Assembly: GCA_029936675.1 (NCBI GenBank)
Contig: JAPYSB010000005.1
Coordinates: 12,104 to 76,103 of the forward strand
DNA: 64,000 nucleotides
Reading direction: 5' to 3'
Source: Dehalococcoidia bacterium
GTDB taxonomy: Bacteria > Chloroflexota > Dehalococcoidia > Lucifugimonadales > UBA826
The notes below the pieces were generated by a model, which worked only from the letters and a program-made list of their open reading frames with translations, made no database searches and was not told the DNA's origin. Below are positions 39,372 to 47,742 of the stretch, one piece after another. Positions within the stretch are counted from its first letter, which is position 1. Each line of letters opens with the position of its first letter. The translations under genes and the position numbers were made by a program.

Positions 39372-40319
39372 TTATTGTCCTACTCTAACTCTGGGATTCA
39401 AGAGGCCGTAAAGTAGGTCCGCCGCGAGGTTCGCGAATGCATAAATAGCAGCTATGACTAGCGCTGTAGATTGAAGCAATCGCATATCTCGGTTATCGAT
39501 GGCCATAATCAGCAGGCTTCCAATACCTGGGTATGCAAAAACGAATTCAACAACAATGATTCCCCCAAACATCCATCCGACGTTGTTTGCTATTACTGTA
39601 ATAGTGGGGATCATGGCATTCGGTAAGACGTGCTTAAACACAACCTGTCTCATACTGAGGCCTTTTAATATGGCAGTCCTGACGTAATTGCTTTCCATAA
39701 CCTCTATCACGTTGGCTCGAGCCATGCGCAATATATATGCAAATAAAGCCCCAGTGATAGTAAGGGTTGGGAGCACTAATATTTTGGGGGAACCCAAAAT
39801 AGTTTCTCCAGGAAGCAAAATACTGGAGGACGGAAACCAACCAAGTTTGGTGGCAAAAACCATCATTAAAATGACACCAATAATAAATTCTGGTATCGAA
39901 ATTGCAAGGAGACTCCCTATGCTGAGTATCCTGTCGAGTTTTGTGTCTGGTCTAGTGCCCGCCAAGACTCCTGCAAGCAATGAGGTCGGGACCGCTATAA
40001 GGAATGCTACCGCTGCGAGTAGAGCAGAGTTCGGAAGTCTACTTTTAACCATGCTGTTGATGGTAGCGCCGCCTCGAGCCGCCATTCCCAAATCGCCTTG
40101 TACAGCATTTTTGATCCACACGGTATACCTTTCTACCGGATGCCGGTCAAGTCCCATGTTATGGCGCAGGTTTTTCAGGTTGCTCTCTGTGGCTTGTTGG
40201 CCTAAAAGGAGAGAAGCGGCGTCTCCCGGGAGAAACTCGGTAGCTGTAAAGATAGCAACAGAAACAAAGAAAAGAGTAATGACGATAAAAGCTAGCCTTA
40301 TGACGAGGAATCTTAGGAT
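39372..40319 (-). CDS. ABC importer permease, DppB/OppB-like (probable non-canonical start)
   Basis: The track ORF (39372..40157) starts at an internal Met. The same frame stays open up to a TGA at 40346-40344. It encodes the canonical DppB N-terminus 'ILRFLVIRLAFIVITLFFVSVAIFTATEFLPGDAASLLLG'. An AAGGAG sits at 40334-40329. The only candidate starts are ATC or AAT-type codons. Confidence 0.75.
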   Translation of the reverse strand: MLRFLVIRLAFIVITLFFVSVAIFTATEFLPGDAASLLLGQQATESNLKNLRHNMGLDRHPVERYTVWIKNAVQGDLGMAARGGATINSMVKSRLPNSALLAAVAFLIAVPTSLLAGVLAGTRPDTKLDRILSIGSLLAISIPEFIIGVILMMVFATKLGWFPSSSILLPGETILGSPKILVLPTLTITGALFAYILRMARANVIEVMESNYVRTAILKGLSMRQVVFKHVLPNAMIPTITVIANNVGWMFGGIIVVEFVFAYPGIGSLLIMAIDNRDMRLLQSTALVIAAIYAFANLAADLLYGLLNPRVRVGQ

Positions 40320-40361
40320 ATTATGAAACTCCTTAGGCTGAGATCAGATTGGGACGGGTCA

Positions 40362-40410
40362 CGTCAGCACGTGATCTAGGATTGTTTAACACCTAGATCA
40401 CCCACTGACG
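40362..40410 (-). promoter_or_regulatory. Intercistronic stem-loop between the SBP and permease genes
   Basis: cgtcag-cac-gtgatctagg (40362-40380) pairs with cctagatcac-cca-ctgacg (40392-40410). That gives 16 paired positions in two blocks (6 + 10) around a 3-nt internal mismatch, with an 11-nt loop. Confidence 0.5.
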
Positions 40411-40444
40411 CATTCAACGTGTTACGTTTTGGATATTGGTGTAC

Positions 40445-42202
40445 CTATTCGGAACTCCACCAATCTTCCATAAAGGTCCAGCTATTAGGATGAGCTTGCA
40501 CTCCCTGTACGTGGGTTTGATGTGCGACTAGAACTGGGACATAAAGAAGGTAAACACTAGGAACCTCTTCTATAAGGATTTCCTGTATTTCTTTCCAGTA
40601 AGCTTTTCTTTTGTCAAAATCAATTTCAGTCGAGGAGAGTGCCAATAGTTCGTCCATCCGTGGATTGTTGAAATACGACTCGTTCCAACTTCCACCACCC
40701 TTTAGGGCTACGCTGACCGCCTGGGCTGCTGGACGTCCGTTCCATGCGGAAGTAACAGCGGGTGTTCCTCCTGGCATCATCCAGATCGCTTCCCAGAATG
40801 TGGATTCTTCATGCTTTGTAACTTCTATCTCAATGGGTAGATCGGTGGCTTCGACAGACTGTTCTACCGCGAGGGCCATCTCTAACATTTGGTTAAAGTC
40901 TGATGCATCAAGCTCAAAGCTTAATGGGTTAGAGTCGTTGTATCCAGCAGCTGCAAGATAGCTGCGGGAGAGTTCAATGTCTTGATTGCTGAGAGGTTGT
41001 TCATCCCAGTACATTTGGTCTGCAGTACCTATTGGATGGTCGTTAGCATTAGCACCAAATCCATACGTTACTGCTTTTCTTACAAAGTCTCGATCAATAG
41101 CGTACTGCAGAGCCTTTCTAGCATTTTTATCTGCGAATATACTAGCTGGAATTACTTCTCCTGAATCCTCGTCAACCCTTTCACCTCTAGTATCCAAGAC
41201 CAAGTTTCTGATTGTGGCAGAGTCGGTTCCGGTGACTGTGATTGAATCTCGCTCATTGAGACCTTCCACCTGTGCCAAAGAGAAACTGCCGATTACATCG
41301 ATGGCGCCAGATTTTATAGCCTCTATTCTCGTTGCTTCTTCAGGCATGTAGTACATGATAATCCGGTCGTAGAAAGGTTTCCCTTCGACCCAATAACTAT
41401 CATATTTATTCATTACGGTTCTTTCTGCTGGGTTATGATCACCAAGTGTATAGGGACCTGATCCAAAGTCAGTGCTTGACTCCTGGAGTGTCTCCTGGGT
41501 TATGCCGTCAGGAACAATACGTGCATGATAGTCAGATAAATCTTGAGGTAGATTGGTGTTGGAGCCTTTAAGCGTGAATATCACTGTAGCAGCATCAGGA
41601 GTTGTTATCTCACTGATGTAGTCTATTTCCCCTAGTAAAGGGGACGCGGTTGTTTCATCCATAATCCGGTCAAAGGTCCACTTTATATCAGCCGATGTTA
41701 GAGCGGATCCGTCGTGGAATGTGACTCCTTGTCTAACATTGATAGTGTAAACAGACAGATCGTCGTTAGCTGACCATGTTTCGGCTAGTCTGTTTACTAT
41801 CCCACCGTCGTACCATGGTTCGGTGAGGTTGTCATATGCATGATTACTGTATATGGCACTACCTTCCGATAGTCCCATAATAGATGGGTCCATAGCACCG
41901 AAGTCTATAATTCCTAACTTTAAGGTACCACCATATTGCTGGCCGCCTGCCCCTGTTATAACGGGCATTGGAGTAGCCACAACTATTACTTCTTTCTCAA
42001 CTTCAACCTTAACTTCCTTGACGACTTCTTTTATTACTTCTTTTATTACTTCTTTCTCAACTTCAACCTGTACTTCTTTTATGACTTCCACCTCTTTGAC
42101 AATAGTCTCACCTGCGCAGGCGGTCATAAATATGGAAAAAGCTGCGATTGATAGAATCATGAACGAACTCATCAATCTATTCCTTGAAACGTTTTTTAAC
42201 AT
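40445..42202 (-). CDS. ABC importer substrate-binding lipoprotein, family 5 (peptide/opine/nickel type)
   Basis: 585 aa. Signal peptide plus a lipobox-like 'FMTAC', then a (K/E)EV-rich tether, then an SBP_bac_5-like body ('GGTLKLGI..', 'TFHDGSALTSADIKWTFDR'). Confidence 0.85.
   Translation of the reverse strand: MLKNVSRNRLMSSFMILSIAAFSIFMTACAGETIVKEVEVIKEVQVEVEKEVIKEVIKEVVKEVKVEVEKEVIVVATPMPVITGAGGQQYGGTLKLGIIDFGAMDPSIMGLSEGSAIYSNHAYDNLTEPWYDGGIVNRLAETWSANDDLSVYTINVRQGVTFHDGSALTSADIKWTFDRIMDETTASPLLGEIDYISEITTPDAATVIFTLKGSNTNLPQDLSDYHARIVPDGITQETLQESSTDFGSGPYTLGDHNPAERTVMNKYDSYWVEGKPFYDRIIMYYMPEEATRIEAIKSGAIDVIGSFSLAQVEGLNERDSITVTGTDSATIRNLVLDTRGERVDEDSGEVIPASIFADKNARKALQYAIDRDFVRKAVTYGFGANANDHPIGTADQMYWDEQPLSNQDIELSRSYLAAAGYNDSNPLSFELDASDFNQMLEMALAVEQSVEATDLPIEIEVTKHEESTFWEAIWMMPGGTPAVTSAWNGRPAAQAVSVALKGGGSWNESYFNNPRMDELLALSSTEIDFDKRKAYWKEIQEILIEEVPSVYLLYVPVLVAHQTHVQGVQAHPNSWTFMEDWWSSE
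41984..42069 (-). repeat. Intragenic direct repeats encoding the (K/E)EV tether
   Basis: The 26-nt core 'tattacttctttctcaacttcaacct' occurs at 41984-42009 and again at 42044-42069 (60-nt period). A tandem 12-mer 'acttcttttatt' occurs at 42024-42035 and 42036-42047. Confidence 0.8.
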
Positions 42203-42575
42203 ATATTTCTCCTTCGATTATTGGAAAATTTCGGATTTCTTCTATCTGTAAAGATATTTACACCATATATCGAAACCCAAAAGGAAATATCTTGGACCAC
42301 GAATGAAAAGGTTGAGGCACCGGATTGTTGATTGTTTAGTTCATGACCTATGAACTTGGTGCTGCACCATTGTGGTGTTAGGAATTTAGGCTATGCAAGG
42401 ACTAACCTTGGAAGCTTAACAGTGGGGGTATCCACCCCACAAATATGCGGTTGTTTGAAGTTATCTCCCTACTTCGGGTTTGTGGATGATCCTTCCGAAG
42501 ACGTGTCAAATATATCAAAAATGCAAGTCAATGGTCAAGTTTTAAAAGCCCAAATCAAGATAAATCGTGAACCAA

Positions 42576-44240
42576 TTAGACTCTAAACATCGGATTGCTT
42601 CCCCTTATAGTTGCTGGACCTCCTCCAACTGCTATCGGTGACCCATCAGCCCTCCAACAAGCGGCACCATGGATAGATCCGGTGTCGTCGAACAAAACTC
42701 CATTCATACCGCCTGCAACCCTTTCCACTCCTTCAATAACATGCCCCTTTTTGGTCAATGGTTCAATTACTTCTGGGGAAATGTCTGGTTCCAGTTCAAG
42801 ATTTTGACCCTGCGTCCAAACTCTTGGGGCTTCTACGGCTTCTTGAAGCGACATACCATGATCTATAACGTTTATTATCCCTTGTAGCACCGATGGGAAT
42901 ATTCGTCTTGCCCCCGGCGTTCCTAAGGACATGAAAGGTTTACCCGACTTAAATACAGTGATTGGTGCCATGCTGCTCAGGACCCGTTTTCCCGGTGCTA
43001 TAGAATTAGCCGTTCCGGGGTGAGGATCGAAGTTGTACATAGTATTGTTTAGCAAAACCCCTGTTCCGGGCACTGTAACACGTGAACCAAAGGCGTCATT
43101 AAGGGTCTGGGTCATGGATACCACACTGCCGGTTTCATCTGCTACTGTAATGTGGGTAGTGTTTTTTGATTCTGTGGCGAAAGCTGCTGGGTTATCGTGT
43201 TCAAAATCAGATGATTTAGACAAATCTATTTTTTGTCGACAGTGCTGGCCGTAGTCTTTTGATATAAGACCTTCTACTGGTACTTTGACAAAGTCAGGAT
43301 CTCCCATGTACTTGAACCTATCAGCGAAAACCAATTTGAGGGTTTCTGCGATTAGGTGTATGTATTCCACACTACCGAATTGCATTTCCTTTACATTGAA
43401 ACCCTCTATTATGTTTAGGGCTTGAATTATATGGGTGGCTCCAGAACTTACCGGGCCTACACCGACAATTTCATACCCGCGGTAAGTGCCTCGGACAGGT
43501 TTCCTGTATTCAATTTTGTATTGATCTAGGTCATCCAGGGATACGATTCCTTTGTTGGACTTCATGTCTCGGTCAATTGAATTGCCTAATTTACCTTCGG
43601 TAAGGGTAGAAACACCATTTTTAGCAATGTCTTCCAGGGTTTTAGCATAATCAGGGTTAATAAGAAGGTCTCCTGATTTTAGAGCAACGCCCTTTCTTAA
43701 AAAAGTTGTTCTACTGCTAGGGTACGAAGTTAATATGTCCTTGTTGTTTTCTACTATTCCAGAAAGATAGTCGCTTACTTTAAATCCTTCCTTTGAGAAC
43801 CTAATTGCTGGGCTTATAACTTTTTCAATACCCAGAAGTCCATATTTCTCTTCGATATGGGACCAGGCTTGGAGGGCTGCAGGGACTCCCACGGATAGAT
43901 ATCCATACCTGTTTTGATGGTTTTTGGTTTCCATATAATCGGGCCACTTATCAGAAATTGGTGTGAACATGTCTTCAGTAGCTTTTATAGGGGCAGCGCA
44001 GTAATTGTCGATAGTAATGGAAGATTTATCTCTTGAGTTGTAGTAATTGATAAATCCTGCTCCAGTTATACCCACCATCATAGGCTCGACGACAGACAGT
44101 GCGAAAATGGTGGCTATTGCTGCGTCAACTGCATTTCCACCTGATGTGAGCATTTCAATTCCGGCAAGGGATGCTAAAGGGTGGTTAGACGCAACAACTC
44201 CTTTGGAACCGATCACTTCTTGTTTATAGGTAGTTATCAT
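42576..44240 (-). CDS. Gamma-glutamyltranspeptidase family (Ntn-hydrolase) protein
   Basis: The autoprocessing/catalytic Thr lies in 'SKNTTHITVADETGSVVSMTQTLN'; 'GGMNGV' lies near the C-terminus. No signal peptide. The start is ATG 44240 or the upstream alternative at 44264, which would overlap the preceding gene by 17 nt. Confidence 0.85.
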   Translation of the reverse strand: MITTYKQEVIGSKGVVASNHPLASLAGIEMLTSGGNAVDAAIATIFALSVVEPMMVGITGAGFINYYNSRDKSSITIDNYCAAPIKATEDMFTPISDKWPDYMETKNHQNRYGYLSVGVPAALQAWSHIEEKYGLLGIEKVISPAIRFSKEGFKVSDYLSGIVENNKDILTSYPSSRTTFLRKGVALKSGDLLINPDYAKTLEDIAKNGVSTLTEGKLGNSIDRDMKSNKGIVSLDDLDQYKIEYRKPVRGTYRGYEIVGVGPVSSGATHIIQALNIIEGFNVKEMQFGSVEYIHLIAETLKLVFADRFKYMGDPDFVKVPVEGLISKDYGQHCRQKIDLSKSSDFEHDNPAAFATESKNTTHITVADETGSVVSMTQTLNDAFGSRVTVPGTGVLLNNTMYNFDPHPGTANSIAPGKRVLSSMAPITVFKSGKPFMSLGTPGARRIFPSVLQGIINVIDHGMSLQEAVEAPRVWTQGQNLELEPDISPEVIEPLTKKGHVIEGVERVAGGMNGVLFDDTGSIHGAACWRADGSPIAVGGGPATIRGSNPMFRV

Positions 44241-44247
44241 TTGATTT

Positions 44248-45909
44248 CTATATCTTCCCGTCAATAACTACATCGATGAGTGCAGGTTTACCAGATGACA
44301 GAGCCCTTTCCACTGCCCCAGAAATTTCATTTGGATCTGTCACGCGTTCGCTGTGCAGGCCCATACCTTCGGCTATCTTGCATAAGTTGAACGGGGTAAC
44401 GAAATCAGAATAAAGAAGATTGTCTCCAGCAGGCTCTGGTTCGTGAAGTATTTCTTTTTGATATACATTGAAGTTAACCTTGAGAACCCTATACATCCCG
44501 TTGTTGCAGATAACAAACACGCATGGGATGTTGTCGTTGGCGGCTGTCCATAATCCTTGCACCGTCATCATCGCACTGCCATCTCCGATAATTCCTAAAA
44601 CGGGTCTGTCAGGGAAGGCGCATTTAGTACCCATGGTAGCTCCTATCCCACCTCCGATAGATTGTCCTCTAACGCCTCTTATATCATTCCTCTCGTTGGC
44701 GGGGAAATAGTGCCGCATAGCCGCTCTGTTACTTATCGAATCATCGACTACGATTGAATTTTCCGGGATCGATTTTGCCAATTCAGACATCATCCTTGCC
44801 GGTGACATAGGTGTATTGTTCCACTTTTCCCTAACAGAGTCTTCATAAGCATTCCTTTGGGAAGACGCATCAGAAATGACCTGAATTTTTCTTGTCTCTA
44901 CCAGATTTTGGTCCACGACATTGGAAACTTGAGAGATCAGTTCGGCAAGGGCAGTTTTGCAGTTAGAAATTATCCCTACATCTGTTGGTTCTGACCTGCC
45001 GACTCGTCCCGGGATAGGATCTATATGGATCAATTTTTGAGATCTATCTAAAATCACATCACCCCAGTAGAAGAGTTCGTCAAAGGTGTCCATTCCTACA
45101 GCAAGTATTACATCGAATTCTCTTAACGATTCGCGTGACTCTTGTGATCTTAGTGAATGTATTCCTTGGTATTGGGGGTGGGTAGTAGGGAAAGACACCT
45201 CTGCACCACGCGATTGAAATACCGCCATACCCAATAGGTCCGCGATCGCTACGGCTTCATTTAATGCCTTATCGTCAGAAACCCTATCCCCTACCATTAG
45301 GGCAGGGTTTTTTGCTTGGGTCAGTAACTTTGAAGCCTCTTTAATCCCAGCAGGGCTTGGACTAACCTCATCATGCACCTTAGAAGAAGGAACGATATTC
45401 ATATCTGCAATTCCTTCTAGTGCATTTGCAGTAAAACCTACATACACCGGACCTTTAGGATGACTGTTTGCTTCATTAAAAGCCCGTCTCAGCACACTGG
45501 GGATTTGGTCCGGTAGATCCAGTTCAACAGCCCATTTGGTGACAGGCCGAACAAGTTCTGCCAAATCGGTTTTTGTTTCATTTATTTTTCTTGAGTCATA
45601 ATTAGCCGAAGTCACTACCATGGGCGTCCCGCTGTTAAGCGCATCGAGCATTAGTGCAATGCCGTTTGCAAGCCCACTGTCCACATGCAGGCTAACAAAG
45701 GCCGTTTTCTCCGTAGACCGAGCAAAGGATTCACCCATTCCCATAGCAACACTTTCCTGTAGTGCCATGATGTAGTTGAATTCAGGGTACTCTCCCAACA
45801 TATCTATGAGAGGCCCCTCACTGGTCCCCGGATTACCGAAGATATACTCAACGCCTTCGGCCTTTAGCATTTCCAGCACTGCTTGTTTTCCAGACATCGT
45901 TTGTGACAT
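44248..45909 (-). CDS. ThDP-dependent enzyme, benzoylformate-decarboxylase-like
   Basis: 553 aa. Motifs 'EGVEYIFGNPGTSEGPL', 'IMALQESVAMGM' and the ThDP motif 'GDGSAMMTVQGLWTAANDNIPCVFVICNNGMY'. Confidence 0.85.
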   Translation of the reverse strand: MSQTMSGKQAVLEMLKAEGVEYIFGNPGTSEGPLIDMLGEYPEFNYIMALQESVAMGMGESFARSTEKTAFVSLHVDSGLANGIALMLDALNSGTPMVVTSANYDSRKINETKTDLAELVRPVTKWAVELDLPDQIPSVLRRAFNEANSHPKGPVYVGFTANALEGIADMNIVPSSKVHDEVSPSPAGIKEASKLLTQAKNPALMVGDRVSDDKALNEAVAIADLLGMAVFQSRGAEVSFPTTHPQYQGIHSLRSQESRESLREFDVILAVGMDTFDELFYWGDVILDRSQKLIHIDPIPGRVGRSEPTDVGIISNCKTALAELISQVSNVVDQNLVETRKIQVISDASSQRNAYEDSVREKWNNTPMSPARMMSELAKSIPENSIVVDDSISNRAAMRHYFPANERNDIRGVRGQSIGGGIGATMGTKCAFPDRPVLGIIGDGSAMMTVQGLWTAANDNIPCVFVICNNGMYRVLKVNFNVYQKEILHEPEPAGDNLLYSDFVTPFNLCKIAEGMGLHSERVTDPNEISGAVERALSSGKPALIDVVIDGKI

Positions 45910-45966
45910 TTTGGCCCCCTAGAATTTCTTTTTCTTGAGGGAAACATGGTACAGATTGAAATTAAT

Positions 45967-46002
45967 AACGGCAATTAGCAGAAGTCATGCTAATATGCCG
46001 TT
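45967..46002. promoter_or_regulatory. 36-bp imperfect palindrome in a divergent promoter region (candidate operator)
   Basis: aacggca-a-ttagca (45967-45980) and tgctaa-ta-tgccgtt (45988-46002) flank a 7-nt centre. That gives 13 complementary positions. It lies between the divergent starts at 45909 (-) and 46036 (+). Confidence 0.4.
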
Positions 46003-46035
46003 GTTTATATTTTTAAGTCATGTATTTTCACAGGA

Positions 46036-47718
46036 ATGGTTGATATGTCAGAAATTGCAGCAGGCCAGGCAGTAATTGAATTACTTAGGGCTGAAGGTGT
46101 CGAATATGTCTTTGGGGTCACTGGCCTGACGACTAACAGCATGGTGACACAAATGTATGGACGTGAAGATATTAAATTTATCGATACCAGGCATGAAGAA
46201 GGCGCCATTTTGATGGCCTACGGATATTCCAAATCAACAGGTAAGCCTTCTGTTTGTATGACCACCTCAGGCCCAGGCACAATAAATTTGGCTGGCGGTA
46301 TGTCTCTAGCATTGAAGGGAAGAGCCCCTGTTATTGCGATTGCGGGTGATACAGCGATGGAATACATCGGTAGGGATGGGTCGCAGGCCTTTGATTTGGT
46401 CAATGTATTTAAACCGTTGACCAAAATGGCTGTCCAAGCAAATAAAACTGAAAGGGTGCCAGACCTCATTCGGGAAGCTTTTAGGGTTGCTATGTGGGGT
46501 AAGCAAGGGCCAGTACTTCTTGACATTCCGAGAGATTTATTGGACCAGGAAACTCTGTCTGATGAAATGCTAAGCCCCGACCAGTATAGGACCGTAAACG
46601 CTAGAACTTCCGGTGATTTGCAGGCGGTGAGTCAGGCTGCAAATTTGTTGCTTTCAGCTGAGAGACCACTACTGCTCGCTGGCGGGGGTGTAGTAGACGC
46701 GGAGGCTTCCGCTGAAGCTGTACAGTTGGCCGAAATTTTGGATATGGCCATGGTGCCTTCATACGGTCATCATGATGCAATTCCCAACAGTCATCCCAAT
46801 TACATTGGACCTCCCGGTGGTCGTGGTTCAGGAGAAGCTCATGAAGCAATGGATAGGGCTGATGTGATACTGGCATTGGGTACCAAAATAAATCAAGCTT
46901 CTAGCTCATGGGATTATAGTGTTATAAACGAAGACACAAAAATTATTCAAATAGATATTGATCCTATTGAAATAGGTAGGAATTATCCTGTTTCAGTGGG
47001 TATTGTGGGAGATGCTCAAAGGGTTGCTCAACAACTGATTGAGGAAGTACTCAAAATGTCTGTGGATGGTAAAACCAATAATATCTGGAAGTCAGAATTC
47101 CAATCGATAGCTAAGAAGAGAATTGAACGTCTGGGAGCTGAAAAATCTCTAAATGCTAATCCTATGATGCCACAGCAAGTCTACCCAGAGTTGACCAAGG
47201 CATTACCGAAGGGTTGCATGGTCACAATTGATGCTGGTGTTGCACCTGGGCTCTCATACGACAGGATTTTTTTTGAAGAGCCAAGAACCATGTTTAATTA
47301 CGCTGGGCAAGGTGCTCTTGGTATGGGATTTAGCGTGGGGTTAGGAACTAAACTTGGCAGACCTGATAGAACGGCAGTGAGCCTACATGGTGACGGTGGG
47401 TTCCTTTATACCTGCGGGGAGCTGAACACAGCCGTAAGGCACAATATTCCATCAGTTAGCATTGTTTTGAACAATAATTGCATGGGAGCGGAAAAGTCTC
47501 AACAAAAAGCTTTGCATAACGAAAAATATGTGGGCGTTGACCTTGAGAATCCAAGGTTTGATAAGCTAGCAGAGGTTTTTGGAGCAAAAGGTTATTATGT
47601 GGAACACCCCTCAGAGATAGCGGATGTGGTGAGTGAAGCCGTAAAAAATAATGAACCGTCAGTTATCGAGATTCCTGTTCAGGAATATTTCCCCCCATCA
47701 GCCCCCACGCCGCGTTAA
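46036..47718 (+). CDS. ThDP-dependent enzyme, acetolactate-synthase/sulfoacetaldehyde-acetyltransferase-like
   Basis: 560 aa. Motifs 'EGVEYVFGVTG', 'TSGPGTINLAGGM' and the ThDP motif 'GDGGFLYTCGELNTAVRHNIPSVSIVLNNNCMG'. Confidence 0.85.
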   Translation: MVDMSEIAAGQAVIELLRAEGVEYVFGVTGLTTNSMVTQMYGREDIKFIDTRHEEGAILMAYGYSKSTGKPSVCMTTSGPGTINLAGGMSLALKGRAPVIAIAGDTAMEYIGRDGSQAFDLVNVFKPLTKMAVQANKTERVPDLIREAFRVAMWGKQGPVLLDIPRDLLDQETLSDEMLSPDQYRTVNARTSGDLQAVSQAANLLLSAERPLLLAGGGVVDAEASAEAVQLAEILDMAMVPSYGHHDAIPNSHPNYIGPPGGRGSGEAHEAMDRADVILALGTKINQASSSWDYSVINEDTKIIQIDIDPIEIGRNYPVSVGIVGDAQRVAQQLIEEVLKMSVDGKTNNIWKSEFQSIAKKRIERLGAEKSLNANPMMPQQVYPELTKALPKGCMVTIDAGVAPGLSYDRIFFEEPRTMFNYAGQGALGMGFSVGLGTKLGRPDRTAVSLHGDGGFLYTCGELNTAVRHNIPSVSIVLNNNCMGAEKSQQKALHNEKYVGVDLENPRFDKLAEVFGAKGYYVEHPSEIADVVSEAVKNNEPSVIEIPVQEYFPPSAPTPR

Positions 47719-47742
47719 TATATATTTGCTTAGGAGGACACT

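Noticed and set aside
39688-40326. 212-aa plus-strand ORF overlapping the importer permease region.
   Set aside because: It is antisense to a frame with an unmistakable DppB/OppB match. Its own translation is low-complexity, with no recognisable motifs and no SD. The same reasoning applies to the many other 60-150-aa antisense ORFs in the track, for example 34757..35221, 57460..57912, 37132..37485 and 15986..16396.
41984-42069. Regularly spaced short direct repeats that might suggest a CRISPR-like or minisatellite array.
   Set aside because: There are only two 26-nt copies and two 12-nt copies, all in frame inside a well-supported SBP gene. They encode the KEV tether. There are no spacers or cas genes.
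42350-42586. 78-aa plus-strand ORF inside the long intergenic region upstream of the ABC importer.
   Set aside because: It has no SD, the composition and peptide are unremarkable, and its end overlaps the GGT gene stop. The region is better explained as a regulatory or leader sequence.
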